NCBI GenBank assembly: GCA_965232515.1
Contig: CBDDPY010000002.1
Coordinates: 576,001-640,000 of the forward strand
From: Alphaproteobacteria bacterium
Lineage (GTDB): Bacteria; Pseudomonadota; Alphaproteobacteria; GCA-2731375
Direction: 5' to 3'
Length of the DNA stretch: 64,000 nucleotides
A program made the position numbers and the translations under genes. This document shows positions 9,473 through 19,166 of this stretch, piece after piece. The notes below the pieces were generated by a model, which made no database searches, was not told the DNA's origin, and worked only from the letters and a program-made list of their open reading frames with translations. Positions within the stretch are counted from its first letter, which is position 1. Each line of letters starts with the position of its first letter.

Positions 9473-10521
9473 CGCGGATCGCTGCCGTTGGTGCCGGCCG
9501 CATGGGGCGTGGCATCGCCCAGGTGTTCGCCTATGCCGGTTTCGATGTCGCGCTGATCGACGTGAAGCCGCGCGATGACGATGAAGCCGCGGCGAAGCTG
9601 GCGGAAGCCATCGATGAAATCGCCCGCAACCTGTCATTCCTCGAGTCGGCCGGCGTGCTGGCGCCCGAACAGTCAGCCGCCGTTTTGGCGCGGGTAACGA
9701 CTTATGACGCGAGTTCGGCCGGCACGGCCTTGGCCGATGCCGATGTTGTGTTCGAGGGTGTGCCGGAAGTGATGGCGGCGAAGCAGGCGGCTCTGCAACA
9801 AATCTCGGCCGCCGTCGGCCCGGAAACGATCATCGCCTCGACCACGTCGACCATGCAGGTCGATGAGCTGGCGGCGTTCGTCGCGCGGCCGGAGCGGTTT
9901 CTGAACGCCCATTGGCTCAACCCGGCCTATCTTATTCCGCTAGTTGAGGTCAGCGCGGGCGCGACGACGGCGGAGGCGACCGTCACGGCCATGACCGAAT
10001 TGCTGGAGCGGGCCGGCAAGGTGCCGGTGCGATGCGCCGCGCGGCCGGGCTTTATCGTGCCACGCATCCAGGCGCTGGCCATGAACGAGGCCGCGCGCAT
10101 GGTCGAGGAGGGCGTGGCCTCGCCGGAGGAGATCGACAAGGCGATCCGCGTTGGCTTCGGCGTGCGCTACGCGGTGATGGGCTTGATCGAGTTCATCGAT
10201 TGGGGCGGCGGCGACATCCTGTATTACGCCAGTCGTTATCTGAACGGCGCGCTGGGGTCGGAACGTTACGCCCCGCCCGAGGTCGTGGAGACGAATATGG
10301 CCGATGGCCGTATCGGCTTGCGGTCGGGTCAGGGCTTCTATGATTTCAGCGACATGGACATCAACGAATACCAGCGCGAGACCTTGCGCAAGTTCGTCGA
10401 TCTTCTGCGCCATCTCGACATGCTGCCGGCGCCGGGCGGCTCAAACACGGCCGAAGACGAGCGTCCTGGAGGCTGTGAAGTTGACGGCGAGGCCGGCGAG
10501 CGAGCCCGCGGCGACGCCTAG
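9469..10521 (+). CDS. 3-hydroxyacyl-CoA dehydrogenase
   Basis: GAGRMGRG, EGVPE, ASTTST, HWLNPAYLIPLVE, PGFIVPRIQ; ATGA overlap with the upstream gene. Confidence 0.9.
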   Translation: MTRIAAVGAGRMGRGIAQVFAYAGFDVALIDVKPRDDDEAAAKLAEAIDEIARNLSFLESAGVLAPEQSAAVLARVTTYDASSAGTALADADVVFEGVPEVMAAKQAALQQISAAVGPETIIASTTSTMQVDELAAFVARPERFLNAHWLNPAYLIPLVEVSAGATTAEATVTAMTELLERAGKVPVRCAARPGFIVPRIQALAMNEAARMVEEGVASPEEIDKAIRVGFGVRYAVMGLIEFIDWGGGDILYYASRYLNGALGSERYAPPEVVETNMADGRIGLRSGQGFYDFSDMDINEYQRETLRKFVDLLRHLDMLPAPGGSNTAEDERPGGCEVDGEAGERARGDA

Positions 10522-10827
10522 TATCGGCAGGGCGGCGACCGCCGGCTGCGTCGCCACGAGGACGGCATAGACCGCATAGTTGATGGCGCCGCCGACGGCA
10601 TTGACGGCGATGAAGCGCGCCCATTGCTGGCCGGTCCGATGATCGGTGGTTCCGAAGGTGAAGCGCCGGTTCATGGCCCAGGTGAAGCTGGCGGCCGCGA
10701 GGAACGAGAACAGGCGGCTGACATAAAGGCCCCCACCGGCGCCCGCGATCAGCAAATGCAGCACGCCCGCATCGACCAGGAAGCCGAGCGCGCCGACGAA
10801 CGAAAAGCGGACGAGCTGCTGGGGCAT
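10441..10827 (-). CDS. GtrA family membrane protein
   Basis: 128 aa, four hydrophobic segments; RFSFVGALGFLVD, NRRFTF, NFTASRTLVF. Confidence 0.85.
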   Translation of the reverse strand: MPQQLVRFSFVGALGFLVDAGVLHLLIAGAGGGLYVSRLFSFLAAASFTWAMNRRFTFGTTDHRTGQQWARFIAVNAVGGAINYAVYAVLVATQPAVAALPILGVAAGSLAGLAVNFTASRTLVFGRV

Positions 10828-10864
10828 GGTGCGCCGAGCTTTGCAGACTCGAGTTTACCGATTG

Positions 10865-11541
10865 TTAAGCGGCGCTCAGCTCATCCGCGGCAAGGACGGT
10901 TTGCAAGGCGTAGGTCGCGATCGCGCAGTCCGACTTGGCACCATGGCTGGTAAGATCGTCGGTCGAGATTGCCGGTCCGTTGTCGCCGATGTGCTCGATG
11001 ATCAGAATCCAATCGGCCGTCTCGTCGGGCTTGCCACGCACCTCTTTTTCCTGGGTCGGCACGGATGTCGTTTCTACATCGGCTTGCAGCAGATGCGCGC
11101 CGACGACGCCGTGTTGTTCGGTGAGCGCCGGCAGAGCCTCGGCCGAGAGCCAGGCCTGCAGCTCGCCAACCCGACCGTCGGCCGGCGACAGGCGATAGAC
11201 GGTGGCCATACCGCCGACACCGAGACCCCGGCTGACGGCGACCCGCGCGGCGGTGCGGATCGTTAGCGCGAAGCTCGCGGCGACCCGTCGCGTCCATGGG
11301 GTTGGATCGTTCAGCCGGTCGAGATAGGCCGGCGAACGGAGCACGCCGACATCCTCGGTTTCGTAGAGAACGAAGTATTGCGGCGCGCCCCGAACGGCGG
11401 CATAGCGACGGCCGCGCAGAAAGCCGGGCACGCCGACCCGCTCGGGGATGTGCTCGTGCGTGTGCAGGCGTTGAAATCGTCGTGGCCGTCCGCCGGCAGG
11501 TCGTGCCAGTTGGCGAGCGCGCCGTTGCCCAGCAGGGCCAT
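10865..11541 (-). pseudogene. Frameshifted DUF4286/EthD-like protein (1-bp deletion or sequencing error)
   Basis: Frame from ATG 11541 (MALLGNGALANWHDLPADGHDDFNA) joins frame HTHEHIPERVGVPGFLRGRRY...AYLDRLNDPTPWT if one G is restored at TG[G], near 11465. Confidence 0.75.
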
Positions 11542-12749
11542 CAGGCCGACCCGTCGACCTCGAGCACCACGGCCATGGCGCTGTCGCCAGCGGCGCAGCC
11601 CTGAAACAGCCCACGACCGCCGCCGCGGATCGCGAGCTCCTCGATCAACTCGACGATGCAGCGGGCGCCGGTCGGTCCTTGCGGATGGCCCCAGATCAAC
11701 GAGCAGCCGTAATTGTTCATGTCGTCAAGTGGGAAGCCGGTTTCGCGGCTGAAGACGATGTCGTTCACGGCGAACGGATTGTGTGACTTCACGGCGTCGA
11801 TGTCGTCGATCGTCAGGCCGGCATTGTCGAGCGCCCTACGTGCCGCCTCGACCGGGGCTTGCGGCATATAGCCCTTCTCGGTTCGGGACTGGCCAAAGCC
11901 TAGAAGCCGAATGCGGATGTCAGGATCCTGCGACAGTTCCGCCGCCCGGTCGGCCGATGTCACCACAATGCCGACAGCGCCGTCGGCGGGATGCGTCTGG
12001 CCGCCGAAGGTGATGGTCCCGTCGGGCTTGACCGGCTTCAGCCGGGCGAGGCCTTCGGCGTTGGTCTCGACCACGCCCTCGTCGCTGGTCATCGTCGCCT
12101 TGGTTTTGCGGAAGCGGGCGTCCGGCACCTCGAACGGCAGCGTCATGTAGCGCTTCTGAAAGGCGCTGTCGTCGGCAAGCGCGTCCTGGTACTGCGCGTA
12201 GCGCCGCAACACCACGTCATGCTGTTGCGCCGTGGTGATCTGGTATTTGGCGGCCACGTTCTCGGCCGTGTCGACCATCGCCAGCTCGGCATAGGGATCG
12301 TTCGAGAAGTTGTCGAGCACCCAGTTTTCCTGTGTCCCGGTGCCGCCGGGCGCGTCCGGCGCGGGATAATAGATGTGGGGGCCATTGGAGGTGCGGTCGG
12401 CCGTTACCACCAACGACGTCCCGGCCATGCCGGCGGCGATCTCCTGGGCGGCGGCCGAAAGCGTGCGGGCGCCGGTGGCGCAGGCCTGGTTGATCCAGGG
12501 ACCGCCGACGCCGTCCGCACCGATCATGCCGGTGAGCCACGGCAGGCCGTAGAAGGACTGGTGCTGTGGCACGGTCATGCCCAGCACGCCGTGGTCGAAC
12601 GTGTCGACCGGGATGTCGCGCCGGGCCAGCTCGGCGCGGCTAACATGGGCGGCGAACTTCATGGCATGCAGGTGGGAAAGACTGCCCTGCCAACGCGCGA
12701 ACGGCGTCGACCAATAGGCGCCATAAGGGATTTCGGCGGGTTTCGGCAC
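11541..12749 (-). CDS. Thiolase family protein (acetyl-CoA C-acyltransferase)
   Basis: NQACATG catalytic Cys, HPADGA, GHPQGPTGAR, GCAAGD. Confidence 0.9.
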   Translation of the reverse strand: MPKPAEIPYGAYWSTPFARWQGSLSHLHAMKFAAHVSRAELARRDIPVDTFDHGVLGMTVPQHQSFYGLPWLTGMIGADGVGGPWINQACATGARTLSAAAQEIAAGMAGTSLVVTADRTSNGPHIYYPAPDAPGGTGTQENWVLDNFSNDPYAELAMVDTAENVAAKYQITTAQQHDVVLRRYAQYQDALADDSAFQKRYMTLPFEVPDARFRKTKATMTSDEGVVETNAEGLARLKPVKPDGTITFGGQTHPADGAVGIVVTSADRAAELSQDPDIRIRLLGFGQSRTEKGYMPQAPVEAARRALDNAGLTIDDIDAVKSHNPFAVNDIVFSRETGFPLDDMNNYGCSLIWGHPQGPTGARCIVELIEELAIRGGGRGLFQGCAAGDSAMAVVLEVDGSA

Positions 12750-12873
12750 GGGCGTCTCTCACTTGATCCAGAGTGCTGACGGTAGCATCGGCCTCGTTTG
12801 ACTTGTAGACCGCAATAACCACAATAAGTCCGGACAAATTTTCGGGGAAGCCCGGAGGGGCAAGGGGCGGAGG

Positions 12874-15003
12874 ATGGAGCGCTCATTCAAGAAGGAAGTG
12901 CAGTCGCTGAAGCTCGGCGACGGCGAGACCTTTCATGGCGAGGGCATTCTTGCCGTGACCAAGGCGCTGCTGCAGTCGGGCGTCTCCTATGTCGGTGGCT
13001 ATCAGGGCGCGCCGATCAGCCACCTGATGGACGTGCTGGTCGATGCCGAGGACATCCTCGACGATCTCGGCGTGCATCTCGAGACCTGCACGTCGGAGGC
13101 CGCCGCCGCCGCCATGCTCGGTGCCTCCATCAACTATCCGCTCAGGGGGGCGGCGACCTGGAAGGCGACGGTCGGCACCAATGTCGCCTCGGACGCGCTC
13201 TCGAACCTGGCAAGCGCCGGCGTCAAGGGTGGCGCCATGATCGTGATCGGCGAGGACTACGGCGAGGGCGCCAGCATCATCCAGGAGCGCAGCCATGCCT
13301 TCGCCATGAAGTCGCAGATGTGGCTGCTGGATCCGCGACCGAACCTGCCGACGATCGTGCGCATGGTCGAGCAGGGCTTCGAGCTGTCGGAGCATTCGAA
13401 CACGCCGGTCATGCTGGAGCTTCGCATCCGCGCCTGCCATGTGCATGGCAGCTTTCCGACCCGCGACAATCGACAGCCGGAGTTTTCGCGCAATCAGGTC
13501 ATCGAGAACCCGGACTTCGACTTTTCGCGCATCTGCCTGCCGCCGTCGACCTATGCCCAGGAGAAGCAGAAGATCGAATTCCGGATGCCGGCGGCGATCA
13601 AGTTCATCGCCGAGAACAAACTGAACGAGGTCTTCGACGGCGACGTCGGCGAGATCGGCATCATCTGCCAGGGCGGGCTCTACAACTCGGTGATGCGGGG
13701 CCTCGATCAGCTCGGCCTGACGGATGCGGACGGCAACAGCCGGATTCCGATCCTGGCCCTGAATGTCACCTATCCGTTGGTGCCCGACGAGATCACCGGC
13801 TTCTGCGCCGGCAAGAAGGCGGTCCTGATGGTCGAGGAGGGGCAGCCCGATTTCCTTGAGCAGGCTGTCAACGTGGCACTGCGCAAGGCCGATTTGCAGA
13901 CCCGCGTGTTCGGCAAGGACGTGCTGCCGATGGCGGGCGAGTACACCTCCGAGGTGGTGTTGAACGGTCTTGGCGGTTTCATCGCCGGCACGACTCCCGA
14001 CGGAATGGACGCCGAGGCCGTCGCCAGCCGGCTTGCCGCGCTGATGGCCAACAAGACGCGCGCCGCCGAACTGCTGGGCGAGGCGATGCCGACGCGGCCG
14101 CCGTCTTTCTGTACCGGCTGTCCGGAGCGGCCGGTATTCAGTGCCATCAAGATCCTGGAGAAGGAGATCGGCCCAACGCATATGGCCGCCGACATTGGCT
14201 GCCATACCTTCTCGACGTTGCCGCCGTTCAATCTCGGCAATACCGTGCTGGGTTACGGCATGGGGCTCGCCAGCGCCGCCGGCGTCGCGCCCAACATGGG
14301 CAAGCGCGTGATCTCGATCATGGGCGACGGCGGCTTCTGGCATAACGGCCTGACCAACGGCGTCGGCAGCGCCATGTTCAACAAGGACGACGGCGTCCTG
14401 ATGATCATGAAGAACGGCTATACGTCGGCGACCGGCTGGCAGTTCCTGCCGTCCAGCACCCAGGACCGCACGGGCAAGGACCCCGGCATGTCGATCGAGT
14501 CCGCATTGAAAGGCTTGGGCGTCAAATGGCTGCGGACAGTGCGGACCTATAATGTCGCCAGCATGATCAAGGTCCTGCGCGAGGCCATGACGTCGGATGA
14601 CAAGGGCTTGAAGGTGATCATCGCCGACGGCGAATGCCAGCTTGCCCGGCAACGCCGCATCCGACCGAAGATCGCCGCCCAGCTGAAGCGTGGCGAACGT
14701 GTGGTGCGGACGCGCTTCGGCGTCGACGATGAGACCTGTACGGGCGATCACTCCTGCATCCGCCTGTCCGGCTGCCCGTCGCTGACCATCAAGCCGAACC
14801 CCGATCCGCTGCGCGCTGATCCCGTCGCGCATGTCGACAATTCCTGCGTCGGCTGCGGACTTTGCGGCGAAGTCAGCCATGCCGCCATTCTTTGCCCGTC
14901 GTTCTACAGGGCTGAGATCGTGCAGAACCCGCGCTGGTTCGACCGCGTGCTGGACCGCGTCCGTCGCGCGGTCATCGGCCGGCTGGCGGGCGCCACGGCA
15001 TGA
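12874..15003 (+). CDS. iorA: Indolepyruvate:ferredoxin oxidoreductase alpha subunit
   Basis: GYQGAP, PSFCTGCPER, DIGCH, GDGGFWHNG TPP motif and C-terminal ferredoxin CVGCGLC. Confidence 0.92.
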   Translation: MERSFKKEVQSLKLGDGETFHGEGILAVTKALLQSGVSYVGGYQGAPISHLMDVLVDAEDILDDLGVHLETCTSEAAAAAMLGASINYPLRGAATWKATVGTNVASDALSNLASAGVKGGAMIVIGEDYGEGASIIQERSHAFAMKSQMWLLDPRPNLPTIVRMVEQGFELSEHSNTPVMLELRIRACHVHGSFPTRDNRQPEFSRNQVIENPDFDFSRICLPPSTYAQEKQKIEFRMPAAIKFIAENKLNEVFDGDVGEIGIICQGGLYNSVMRGLDQLGLTDADGNSRIPILALNVTYPLVPDEITGFCAGKKAVLMVEEGQPDFLEQAVNVALRKADLQTRVFGKDVLPMAGEYTSEVVLNGLGGFIAGTTPDGMDAEAVASRLAALMANKTRAAELLGEAMPTRPPSFCTGCPERPVFSAIKILEKEIGPTHMAADIGCHTFSTLPPFNLGNTVLGYGMGLASAAGVAPNMGKRVISIMGDGGFWHNGLTNGVGSAMFNKDDGVLMIMKNGYTSATGWQFLPSSTQDRTGKDPGMSIESALKGLGVKWLRTVRTYNVASMIKVLREAMTSDDKGLKVIIADGECQLARQRRIRPKIAAQLKRGERVVRTRFGVDDETCTGDHSCIRLSGCPSLTIKPNPDPLRADPVAHVDNSCVGCGLCGEVSHAAILCPSFYRAEIVQNPRWFDRVLDRVRRAVIGRLAGATA

Positions 15004-16508
15004 CCGCGACGGATCGGCCGACCAAGCTGCTGCTGGCCGCCATGGGCGGCGAGGGCGGCGGCGTTCTGACGAGCTGGATCGTCGCCGCCGCCGAGGCCGA
15101 AGGGGTGATCGTGCAGAGCACCTCGATCCCCGGCGTCGCCCAGCGCACCGGCGCCACCACCTACTACATCGAGCTAATGCCGCAAGGCGGAGCCGCGCCG
15201 GTCATGGCGCTCTACCCGGGCGTCGGCGATGTGGACGTGATGGTCGCGAGCGAGCTGGTCGAGGCCGGCCGGGCCATGCAGAACGGCTTCGTGACGCCGG
15301 ACCGGACGACGCTGATCGCCTCCACCCACCGGTCATATTCCATGATCGAGCGGACGGCGATGGGCGACGGTCGCGTGGACGCCAGCCGCGTCGAGCGCGC
15401 CGCCCAGGAGATGGCGAAGCAGGCCGTCCTGTTCGACATGGCTGCGGCGGCACGGGAAGCCGGCACGGTGATCAACGCGGTGATGTTGGGCGCGATTGCC
15501 GGCAGCGGCGCTTTGCCGTTGTCGACAGCCGCTATCGAGGCCGCGATCTCCGGTTCGGGCAAGTCCGTCGACAGCAACTTGGCGGGCTTCCGCCTCGGGT
15601 ATGCGCAGGCGAAGGGCGAGCGCGCCGCCGACGTCCCCGCCGACGAAAAGCGTGCGTTCCTTTCCGATCGGCCGACGGCCGAAAGCCTGCTCGAGCGCGT
15701 GACGCAGACATTTCCGGCGGCGTCGCAGGCGAACCTGCGCGAGGGTGTCAACAGGCTGATCGATTTTCAGGATCCGGCCTATGCCAAGCTTTACCTCGAC
15801 CGTCTCGATCCCGTGCGCGACGCCGCCGAAGACGACGACATCCTGATCGAGGCCGGACGTTTCCTGGCGCTGCGGATGAGCTACGAGGACGTTATCCGCG
15901 TGGCGCAGGCAAAGACCCGGCCCGAGCGAATGGCCAAGGTGCGTCAGGAAGTGCGCGCGAAGACGGGCGAGCCGGTCGTCGTGACGGAGTTTCTGAAGCC
16001 GGGCATCGACGAGTTCGCGTCCGTGCTGCCGCCGGCGTTGGCGCGGCGGCTGATCGCCTGGGCCGATCGCCGCGGGATCAAGGCGAAGCTGCATGTGGGC
16101 CTGCACATCAAGTCGTCGACGATCAGCGGCTACCTGCTGATGCGGACGCTTGCCGGACTACGGCTGTTCCGCCGGCGCGGCTATCGCTATGCCGAGGAGC
16201 AGACGGCGATCGATGCCTGGCTCGATCGGGTCGTCCGCGCCGTGCGTATTGACGCGGATCTCGCCCGCGAGGTGATTGCCTGCGCGAACCTGATCAAAGG
16301 CTATAGCGATACGCACCGCCGCGGGACCGAGAATTTCGACGGCATCATGGCCACGCTGGTCGATCCGACATTGGCCGGCGAGATGGATCCGGCATCGGCG
16401 ACGGCGGCCATTCGCGGGGCGCGGGAGGCGGCGTTGGCGGACCCCGAGGGCGGTGCGCTTCGCGATGCCCTCAATGCCCCACCGGTTGCCAAGCTGGCGG
16501 CCGAGTAG
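15000..16508 (+). CDS. iorB: Indolepyruvate oxidoreductase beta subunit family protein with long C-terminal extension
   Basis: GGEGGGVL, PGVAQRTGAT, MSYEDVIRVA, LIKGYSDT; ATGA overlap with iorA. Confidence 0.88.
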   Translation: MTATDRPTKLLLAAMGGEGGGVLTSWIVAAAEAEGVIVQSTSIPGVAQRTGATTYYIELMPQGGAAPVMALYPGVGDVDVMVASELVEAGRAMQNGFVTPDRTTLIASTHRSYSMIERTAMGDGRVDASRVERAAQEMAKQAVLFDMAAAAREAGTVINAVMLGAIAGSGALPLSTAAIEAAISGSGKSVDSNLAGFRLGYAQAKGERAADVPADEKRAFLSDRPTAESLLERVTQTFPAASQANLREGVNRLIDFQDPAYAKLYLDRLDPVRDAAEDDDILIEAGRFLALRMSYEDVIRVAQAKTRPERMAKVRQEVRAKTGEPVVVTEFLKPGIDEFASVLPPALARRLIAWADRRGIKAKLHVGLHIKSSTISGYLLMRTLAGLRLFRRRGYRYAEEQTAIDAWLDRVVRAVRIDADLAREVIACANLIKGYSDTHRRGTENFDGIMATLVDPTLAGEMDPASATAAIRGAREAALADPEGGALRDALNAPPVAKLAAE

Positions 16509-16512
16509 GCGC

Positions 16513-16542
16513 AAAAAAATGCGCCCCCGAAAGGGGGCGCAT
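16513..16542 (-). terminator. Intrinsic terminator between convergent iorB and fasciclin genes
   Basis: ATGCGCCCCC-GAAA-GGGGGCGCAT stem preceded by an A7 run (U-tract on the minus strand). Confidence 0.85.
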
Positions 16543-16567
16543 AAATGACGACATCAGAACCGAACGA

Positions 16568-17065
16568 TCAGTTCGGGATCAGCACCTTGTCGATCACGTG
16601 GATCACGCCGTTCGACGCTTCAACGTCGACCGCCACGACCTGGGCGTCGTTGATCATCACGGCCTTCATGGCATCGACTTTCAAGGACTGACCCTGGACC
16701 GTTTCGGCCGACAGGCTCTTGCCGGCGATATCGGTCGACATCACCTTCCCCGGCACCACGTGGTAAGTCAGGATTGCGACGAGCTTGTCCTTGTTCTCGG
16801 GCTTCAGCAGGTCCTCGACGGTACCCGCCGGGAGCGCCGCGAAGGCTTCGTCTGTGGGCGCGAAGACCGTGAACGGACCATCGCCCTTCAAGGTCTCGAC
16901 CAGGCCGGCCGACTTCACGGCGGCGACCAGCGTTTCGAACTGACCGGCCGAGACGGCGGTGTCGACGATATCCTTGGAATGGCCGCCGGCGTGGGCTGCC
17001 GCGCCGGTGAAAACGAGCGGCAGCGCAATCAGCGCGGCCTTGACGATACCAAACATTTGACGCAT
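16568..17065 (-). CDS. Secreted fasciclin (FAS1) domain protein
   Basis: Signal peptide; [33 protein letters not shown]; GGGAG RBS. Confidence 0.93.
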   Translation of the reverse strand: MRQMFGIVKAALIALPLVFTGAAAHAGGHSKDIVDTAVSAGQFETLVAAVKSAGLVETLKGDGPFTVFAPTDEAFAALPAGTVEDLLKPENKDKLVAILTYHVVPGKVMSTDIAGKSLSAETVQGQSLKVDAMKAVMINDAQVVAVDVEASNGVIHVIDKVLIPN

Positions 17066-17196
17066 TAGATTCTCCCGTTGAGTGCTATCCACTTGACGAC
17101 AAGGCCCTGAGTTCGGTCGACGCCAATCAGTCGGACTCAGGGCCAAGTTTTTTCATCTCGTCGCTGCATTGAACGCCAATGCAGGATCGACCTTTA

Positions 17197-17222
17197 TACG
17201 CAGCACGTCGCAGACAGGATCA
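17197..17222 (-). promoter_or_regulatory. RpoE (ChrR-controlled, ECF11)-type promoter for the fasciclin gene
   Basis: Minus strand TGATCC-N16-CGTA (TGATCCtgtctgcgacgtgctgCGTA). Confidence 0.65.
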
Positions 17223-17291
17223 TTCGGACCTCGCCGCCGCGTGTGGCAAAGTTTGGACAGAGCCGCGTGTGATCGAAGCAAGGGCAGCAAA

Positions 17292-18197
17292 ATGACCGAT
17301 GACGGCATCGTCGATCCGCATCAGCACTTCTGGGATCTCGGGCAGAACTATTATCCCTGGCTGAAAGACCGTGCGGTCGCGGGCTTTCGCTACGGCGACT
17401 ACAGCGCCATCAAGCGCGACTATCTGCCGGATGATTTTCGCCGCGATGCCGCCACCCAGCACGTGGTTAAGACGGTGCATGTCGAAGCCGAGTGGGACCC
17501 GCGCGATCCGGTCGGCGAGACGCGCTGGCTGCAGAAATTAGCAAACACGCATGGACTGCCGACGGCGGCCGTCGGCCAGGCCTGGTTCGGCCGGGATGAC
17601 ATTGCCGACGTTCTTGCAGGTCATGCGGAATACCCGATCATCCGCAGCATTCGTCAGAAACCAGCCGCCGCGCCGTCAGCCGACAAGGTCGAGAAGGGTG
17701 CGCCGGGTTCCATGGGCGATCCAAGATGGCGCGAGGGCTACGCGCTGTTGGCCGACTTCGGGTTGTCCTACGACCTGCAGACCCCGTGGTGGCATTTGTA
17801 CGAGGCCGCTGACCTCGCCACGGCCTATCCGGACACCAGGATCATTCTGAACCATACCGGCCTGCCGGCCGACCGTAGCGCCGAGGGATTGGCCGGTTGG
17901 CATGCGGCGATGGCGGCGCTGGCGAAAGCATCCAACGTGGTGGTGAAGATTTCGGGCCTCGGTCAGCCCGGCCAACCCTGGACGGCCGACGGCAACCGCC
18001 GGGTCGTACGTGAGACGATTGAGCTGTTCGGCACTGATCGCTGCATGTTCGCCAGCAACTATCCGGTCGACAGTCTGGTCGCCGGCTACGACACGATCTT
18101 CGACGGCTTCAAGGCCATTGTCGCCGACCTGCCGGCGGCGGATCGGCGCAAGCTGTTTCACGACAATGCGGTCCGCTACTACCGGCTCGATGCCTAA
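17292..18197 (+). CDS. Amidohydrolase_2 family protein (sugar lactonase-like)
   Basis: DPHQHFWD, TVHVEA, LNHTGLP, VKISG, MFASNYPVD. Confidence 0.88.
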   Translation: MTDDGIVDPHQHFWDLGQNYYPWLKDRAVAGFRYGDYSAIKRDYLPDDFRRDAATQHVVKTVHVEAEWDPRDPVGETRWLQKLANTHGLPTAAVGQAWFGRDDIADVLAGHAEYPIIRSIRQKPAAAPSADKVEKGAPGSMGDPRWREGYALLADFGLSYDLQTPWWHLYEAADLATAYPDTRIILNHTGLPADRSAEGLAGWHAAMAALAKASNVVVKISGLGQPGQPWTADGNRRVVRETIELFGTDRCMFASNYPVDSLVAGYDTIFDGFKAIVADLPAADRRKLFHDNAVRYYRLDA

Positions 18198-19078
18198 ACG
18201 GGCTCGCTGTCGTAAAGTTTAAGCACGGCGATTCCGTCGAGTTCGCCATAGCCGCGGGCGATCAGCAGCCGGAAGAGCATGGCCGCCTGGCTGGACATCG
18301 GTGTCGGTGACTTCGTCTTGCCGGCCAGATCCTGGACCATCTCCAGATCTTTCAGCACCTGGCGGGCGTAGCCTGCCGGCGCATAGTCCCTGGCGACCAT
18401 GCGCGGCCAGATGGCTTTCAGCATGTTGCTGTCAGCGTGGCCACCGGCAAGACAGTCCGGCACCTTGGCCGTATCGATGCCCGCATTCTCGGCCAACCGC
18501 ACCGCCTCGGCCAGGACGGCATAGTTGTTCAGCACCAGCACCTGATTGATCATCTTGGTGACCTGGCCGGCGCCGACCGGTCCCATATGCGTTGGCCGCC
18601 CGAGTTGCCGCAGCACCGGTTCGACGGCCGCTACCGCCGCCTCATCGCCGCCGACCATGATCGCCAGCGTGCCGGCGGCAGAGGCCGGCGGACCGCCGGA
18701 TACCGGCGCGTCGACCCAGGCCATGCCGTTGGCGGCGGCCAGGCGTTCCGCCATCTCCCGCGTCGCCTCGGTGACCGTGGTCGAGTGATCGACCAGCACC
18801 TTGCCCGCCGCGGGCGTCGTCGCGATGCCGTCGTCGCCGAACACGACCTGCTCGACGGCCGCCGTGCTGGTGACGCAGACCAGGACGATATCGGCGGCCT
18901 CGACAAGCACCGCCGGTGATGCCGCCAATCGGACACCGGCTTTTTCGGCGGCGGCGAGCTTCTCCGGGACGATGTCATAACCGATGACATCATGGCCGCA
19001 TTCCATGAGCCGGCCGGTCATCGCCGCGCCCATCAGTCCCAGTCCGACAAAGCCGATTGTTTGCTGTTCCGTGGTCAT
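18194..19078 (-). CDS. 3-hydroxyisobutyrate dehydrogenase family NAD(P)-dependent oxidoreductase
   Basis: IGFVGLGLMG, DAPVSGG, GTLAIMVGG, KMINQ. Confidence 0.9.
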   Translation of the reverse strand: MTTEQQTIGFVGLGLMGAAMTGRLMECGHDVIGYDIVPEKLAAAEKAGVRLAASPAVLVEAADIVLVCVTSTAAVEQVVFGDDGIATTPAAGKVLVDHSTTVTEATREMAERLAAANGMAWVDAPVSGGPPASAAGTLAIMVGGDEAAVAAVEPVLRQLGRPTHMGPVGAGQVTKMINQVLVLNNYAVLAEAVRLAENAGIDTAKVPDCLAGGHADSNMLKAIWPRMVARDYAPAGYARQVLKDLEMVQDLAGKTKSPTPMSSQAAMLFRLLIARGYGELDGIAVLKLYDSEPV

Positions 19079-19166
19079 GCCCGCCTCTCGGTTGATTGCG
19101 CGGTGCAGCATGCGCCGCCGGCTGTGATACGGTCAATTCAGCTTTACTTATCGGCGGAGTTTCCAG

